From the sequence record NC_031039.1: a DNA stretch of 64,000 bases. One strand, given 5' to 3'. The notes under the pieces were generated by a model. The model was not told where the DNA came from. It ran no database searches and saw only the letters and a program-made list of their open reading frames with translations. Shown here piece by piece: positions 60,040-64,000 of the stretch (position 1 is the first letter of the stretch; each line of letters opens with the position of its first letter). The position numbers were made by a program, and so were the translations under genes.

Positions 60040-61368
60040 ATGAGCAATAAAACTTTTGTCTTAGATACATCAGTACTGTGTCATTACCCTGAATCATTAT
60101 TTTCTTTTGAGGATAATAAGATTGTAATAACAGAAACAGTTATTGAAGAATTAAGTAAGCGTAGAAAATCAAGTGATGAATCAGGAAAAAATGCTCGTGA
60201 TGCTATTAGATATATTAATGAACTGAGTAAGCAAGGCAATATTACTGAAGGTATAGAGATGGATAATGATGGTATTATTGTCATTGAAACTAATTATGCT
60301 GATATTGAAATGCCAGATGGCTGGAATAAAAATGATAATGATAATAAAATGCTTCAAGTCTGTCAATATTTAATAAATCAAGGTGAAGATGTACATTTTG
60401 TAACAAAAAGTCCTTTAAGAAGTCTTAAGGCAACTATTCTTGAGATTCAAAATGAAGATTTTATTACTGATAGAGTCGAAGATGAATATTCAGGTAGACG
60501 AGATATCTTATTAACAGAAGATGATCTAAATTTATTCTTCTCTGAAGGCACTATCGATACATTAACAACTGAAATGTATGATATGGACGGTAATATTATT
60601 GATCCTAGTATCTTAACAGAGAATGAATATATTACCCTAATGTCAAATACAGATTTAAATCAAACGGGTTTAGGTTACTATACAAATGGTTATATTAAAA
60701 AGTTAATTTTTGGGGAATATAACCCTTATCAAGTACAACCTAAGAATGCGGCTCAAAGATTTGCTATTGATGCATTAATGCAAACTCCAAAAGAAACACC
60801 ATTGGTAATACTAAAAGGTCCAGCAGGAACAGCTAAAACTTTTCTATCAATTGCTTCAGCACTAGATACAGTAGTTGATAGACAAGAATATAGACGGATT
60901 TTAGTTTGTAGACCAAATGTTTTAATGGAAGAAACACTTGGATTCCTTCCGGGAGATGAAAATGAAAAAATAGCACCATTAATGCGCCCTATTATGGATA
61001 ATTTAGAAGTATTAATTGATGAACAATCAGTAATAAATAATCTATTTGAAACAGAAACTATCGTTACCCAAGCAGTTGGATACTTACGAGGAAGATCTAT
61101 TCCTAATACTTTTATTATTATAGATGAAGCACAAAATGTTACACCTAAAGCAATGAAAGGTATTCTTTCTCGTGTTGGTTATGGTACAAAAATTGTTATT
61201 TGTGGAGATACTGATCAGATTGATCATCCTTATTTAACTAAAGCTGTTAATGGTTTAGCATATGCTTCTGATAAAATGAAAGGTAGTTCACTTTGTAGAC
61301 AAATCACTTTTAAAACTGAAGAAAATCAAAGATCTCCTTTAGCTCAAGAAGTAACAGAACGATTATAA
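60040..61368 (+). CDS. phoH: PIN-PhoH (PhoH2/YlaK-like) protein
   Basis: FVLDTSVL PIN; GPAGTAKTF, LGFLPGD, YLRGRS, IIDEAQN, GDTDQID. Confidence 0.92.
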   Translation: MSNKTFVLDTSVLCHYPESLFSFEDNKIVITETVIEELSKRRKSSDESGKNARDAIRYINELSKQGNITEGIEMDNDGIIVIETNYADIEMPDGWNKNDNDNKMLQVCQYLINQGEDVHFVTKSPLRSLKATILEIQNEDFITDRVEDEYSGRRDILLTEDDLNLFFSEGTIDTLTTEMYDMDGNIIDPSILTENEYITLMSNTDLNQTGLGYYTNGYIKKLIFGEYNPYQVQPKNAAQRFAIDALMQTPKETPLVILKGPAGTAKTFLSIASALDTVVDRQEYRRILVCRPNVLMEETLGFLPGDENEKIAPLMRPIMDNLEVLIDEQSVINNLFETETIVTQAVGYLRGRSIPNTFIIIDEAQNVTPKAMKGILSRVGYGTKIVICGDTDQIDHPYLTKAVNGLAYASDKMKGSSLCRQITFKTEENQRSPLAQEVTERL

Positions 61369-61369
61369 G

Positions 61370-61416
61370 AAAAACAAGGATTTGGTGGTTAATTATACCA
61401 CCAAATCCTTGTTTTT
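61370..61416 (+). terminator. Intrinsic terminator
   Basis: 20-bp stem AAAAACAAGGATTTGGTGGT/ACCACCAAATCCTTGTTTTT. Confidence 0.9.
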
Positions 61417-61431
61417 CCTATTTTTTAACAA

Positions 61432-61443
61432 AACAATGCATTA
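61432..61443 (+). promoter_or_regulatory. Late-type promoter AACA-atgcat-TA
   Basis: Motif match upstream of 61486. Confidence 0.55.
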
Positions 61444-61485
61444 TAGGAATCTACAAATAGAATGTTGATATAAGGGGGATTAAAC

Positions 61486-61920
61486 TTGAGCAGAGAGAAA
61501 ATTTTAAAGGAGACATTGCTTCTTAATTCATTATTAGAAGCAAAAGTAATATCAAGAGAAAATGTTTTATTAAAAATCGAAAAGATGGTAAATAGTATGA
61601 ACCCGCCACCTAAAAAGGTTATTTTTAGAGCAGTAAAAGATAAACAAGATAACTTAATAGATATAGAAGTTGTTGAACCGCAAAGATATGGAAAAGAGAA
61701 AACACTAATGAGCATTCAAAATGTTTTTACAACTGATTCAATTGAAAATACTCTAAGTGATATTGAGGCATCTTTTAAACTTGCAAATGAGTTTAAACCT
61801 ATATTTAAAAAGGCAACTTTAAGAAAAAAGAAAAATAATACTGAATTCTATTTTTCATTTCATGATAACAGACGTGTTTACAATCTTGAGACAGAAAAGT
61901 GGGAGAAAATGATAATGTAA
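61486..61920 (+). CDS. Hypothetical late protein
   Basis: 144-aa ORF, TTG start, SD GGGGG. Confidence 0.65.
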   Translation: MSREKILKETLLLNSLLEAKVISRENVLLKIEKMVNSMNPPPKKVIFRAVKDKQDNLIDIEVVEPQRYGKEKTLMSIQNVFTTDSIENTLSDIEASFKLANEFKPIFKKATLRKKKNNTEFYFSFHDNRRVYNLETEKWEKMIM

Positions 61921-61923
61921 ATG

Positions 61924-61962
61924 AAATAACAGTTAAGTGATTTAAACACTTAACTGTTATTT
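61924..61962. terminator. Bidirectional terminator
   Basis: AAATAACAGTTAAGTG/CACTTAACTGTTATTT. Confidence 0.85.
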
Positions 61963-61966
61963 ATAA

Positions 61967-62389
61967 TTATTTCATTTTACCCTTCATATTCAAGAGTGGT
62001 TTAAAATTAACTTTAACTGTTTTAATTTTACCATCTCTAGATCTATACAAAGCATATACAGTTCTTATAGAACCTTTAGCTGTTGGACCTTCTTCTGTAA
62101 TAACTACTTGACCATTAAAGGTTTTGAAATTTTGAGTTGAAATCTTAGTGAGTTTTCCTATAGAAAATGTACTTTTCATACTACTTGAGAATACTGCTTT
62201 TAGTTCTTCTGAGTCTTTTAATTCATTAACACTTTTTACTGGTGTTAATCCTTTCTTTTGAGCCTTAGCATTTGTTTCTTTAAGAGCAATTTCAATAGCT
62301 TTTTTAAGATCAGGCGCTCCTTTACTTACACGAATTGCTTCATTAAACATAAATGAAGACTCAACTAATTTTAACTGTTTTTCATTCAT
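61967..62389 (-). CDS. Basic hypothetical late protein (probable head protein)
   Basis: 140-aa Lys-rich ORF under late promoter. Confidence 0.65.
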   Translation of the reverse strand: MNEKQLKLVESSFMFNEAIRVSKGAPDLKKAIEIALKETNAKAQKKGLTPVKSVNELKDSEELKAVFSSSMKSTFSIGKLTKISTQNFKTFNGQVVITEEGPTAKGSIRTVYALYRSRDGKIKTVKVNFKPLLNMKGKMK

Positions 62390-62412
62390 ATGAAAACCTC
62401 CAATATGTGATA

Positions 62413-62449
62413 TAATATATTGTTTATTGAAGAAGACAACAATTAATTA
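62413..62449. promoter_or_regulatory. Divergent late promoters (minus 62413-62424, plus 62438-62449)
   Basis: AACA-atatat-TA and AACA-attaat-TA. Confidence 0.7.
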
Positions 62450-62475
62450 TAGACTAGATAAGTAGGAGGATTATT

Positions 62476-63717
62476 ATGTCATTTTTTAAAGGTATTCGGA
62501 ACATAGAAAGAGTTCAATATGATCTAGTACAATATTGTGACAAGGAATTTGTTCCAAAATTTATAGCAAGTCAAAATATTGATGAAGATAAATTATACGA
62601 TACTATTGATTTTAGTTTACAGTTAGCTGAAAAATTACATTTAGATTACAATATGTGTTTTACAATTGCAGTAATGCATGATTTTGGTTATATTGAAGAA
62701 GATGAAAATAATTTTAATACATTAATGAGCATAAAAGCAGATCAATTTTTGTTAAGATATTTTGATGGAAGTCAAATGGAGATTATTGAATCTGCTTGTA
62801 AAGAACACGATGGTACAAGTAGAGAAACAGGAATATTTACATCTTTATATTCAAAGGTTATTGCAGATGCAGATAGGATGTCAATATTGAGAATTGAAGC
62901 TATGATTCGTCATTATTGGAAATTCTATTCTAATCAAAAGGCATTCTCTAATACAGATGAGCGTCCTAATAAACTAACAGATAAAGAAATTTTTGATAAG
63001 ATGTATAGTTTTCTAAAAAAAGAGTATGGTACAATTGTATCAAAAAATAAATTATTGTTAGAAGCATCAAGAGAAATGATGAAAGATGAAATTGAGAATT
63101 CTAATAAAGTATTAAGCTCTGAAGAAGATACAAAAAGAATGGTTCTACATTTAGCTACTTATGGGGAAATCCAAATAAATAATGATGGAACGCTTACCGT
63201 AGAAAAAATAACTAAAGAGCCAATCAGTGAATCAGATCCTTTTGAATTATTTGAAAAAAATATAAAAGAATCAGTAGATGAACAACTACTAGAAGCCACA
63301 CCAAAGAATCTATCAAAGAGACAAAAGGTAGAAGATTTAATATATAAGGTACTTTCAGTTTTAGATGATACTGGAGCTAACTTGAGAAAATATAAAGAGT
63401 TCTTTGGTAAAATGAACGATGAACAATTTGATAGGTATATGAAAAAATTCCTAAAAGATGAAGATGAAAATTTTTATCTTGAAATTTTACCTAATAAAAG
63501 TGAACCTTCATTAAAGCAAATTAAAAAAGCACTAGATATCTTAAAAGTACCAACTGATGAATATGTATATCTTCGACATGATGGTCATAAAAATGATCCT
63601 ATTAGAACTGCATATAAAGTACCTGTTGGTTATATTACAATTAAGCGAGTACAACAAATTCTAAGTAAAAAGAATACTTATTCTCTTGATATTGCACAAA
63701 GAAACATGAAATCGGGT
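62476..63717 (+). CDS. HD-like domain fused to virion RNA polymerase beta C-terminal subunit (phiKZ gp149-like), exon 1
   Basis: MHDFG/ADADR HD motifs; then KRQKVEDLI..DTGAN..YKEFFGKMNDEQFD..PVGYITIKRVQQILSKK..SG, ending at intron. Confidence 0.75.
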
Positions 63718-64000
63718 TATAATTGGCTCTCCATTATAGCAATATAATGGCAAACACTCTCCTTAATTTCTGGGATATCCTAATTTTTAGGACAATCAGA
63801 AGCGAATTTGAATAAAAACCTAATATTCAAAACGTTCAACGACTATCCGAAAGCAATCATACGATTGTGAGTAGCGGTGAAATTCCGCAATAGGAGTACG
63901 GCTCAAGCTATTGGAGTGGGTGAGAATCCCTTAAATGGAAACAGGAGGTATCCTTAACGGATAAAGATATAGTCTCGTCTCTATGGTAACATAGAGCAGT
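63718..64000 (+). ncRNA. Group I intron (IA-like) in RNA polymerase gene, truncated by window end
   Basis: GGT|TATAATTGGCTC P1; AATCAGAAGCGAA; TTCAACGACTATCC (P7 GACTAT 63841) pairing AAGATATAGTC (63969); P8 TATCC/GGATA; P9 CTCTATG-GTAA-CATAGAG. Confidence 0.92.

Noticed and set aside
540-61715. Short antisense or out-of-frame ORFs inside long genes (e.g. 540, 1128, 3918, 7603, 12805, 13843, 14024, 17526, 23965, 30312, 37289, 38078, 41810, 56175, 60084, 61425)
   Set aside because: No SD, no recognisable motifs, and fully overlapped by well-supported genes.
1-64000. tRNA, rRNA, CRISPR array, or stop-codon recoding
   Set aside because: No cloverleaf/T-loop, rRNA or repeat-spacer pattern seen; standard code gives dense full-length genes, and the only broken genes are explained by introns.

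Overview
Very AT-rich, densely coding 64-kb segment of a jumbo phage of the phiKZ/AR9/PBS1-like lineage; the host is probably Bacillus (poly-gamma-glutamate hydrolase, SleB/LysM and YneA-like genes). It encodes SbcD-like, DnaB-like and Dda-like enzymes, GyrB, and a GyrA split by two near-identical ORF-less group I introns flanking a 96-nt in-frame exon. It also carries baseplate and fibre modules, a MoxR-type AAA+/peptidase-VWA pair directly followed by a six-member paralog array sharing a C-terminal tail, and a six-repeat HTH protein. At the right end, an HD-domain/virion-RNA-polymerase-beta fusion is interrupted by a third, unrelated group I intron that runs off the window. Two promoter classes are visible by eye: AAATWTATATTAT before accessory genes and AACA-N6-T(A/G) before virion genes. 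No tRNA, rRNA or CRISPR array was seen. All homology calls are motif recognition by eye; no database search was run.
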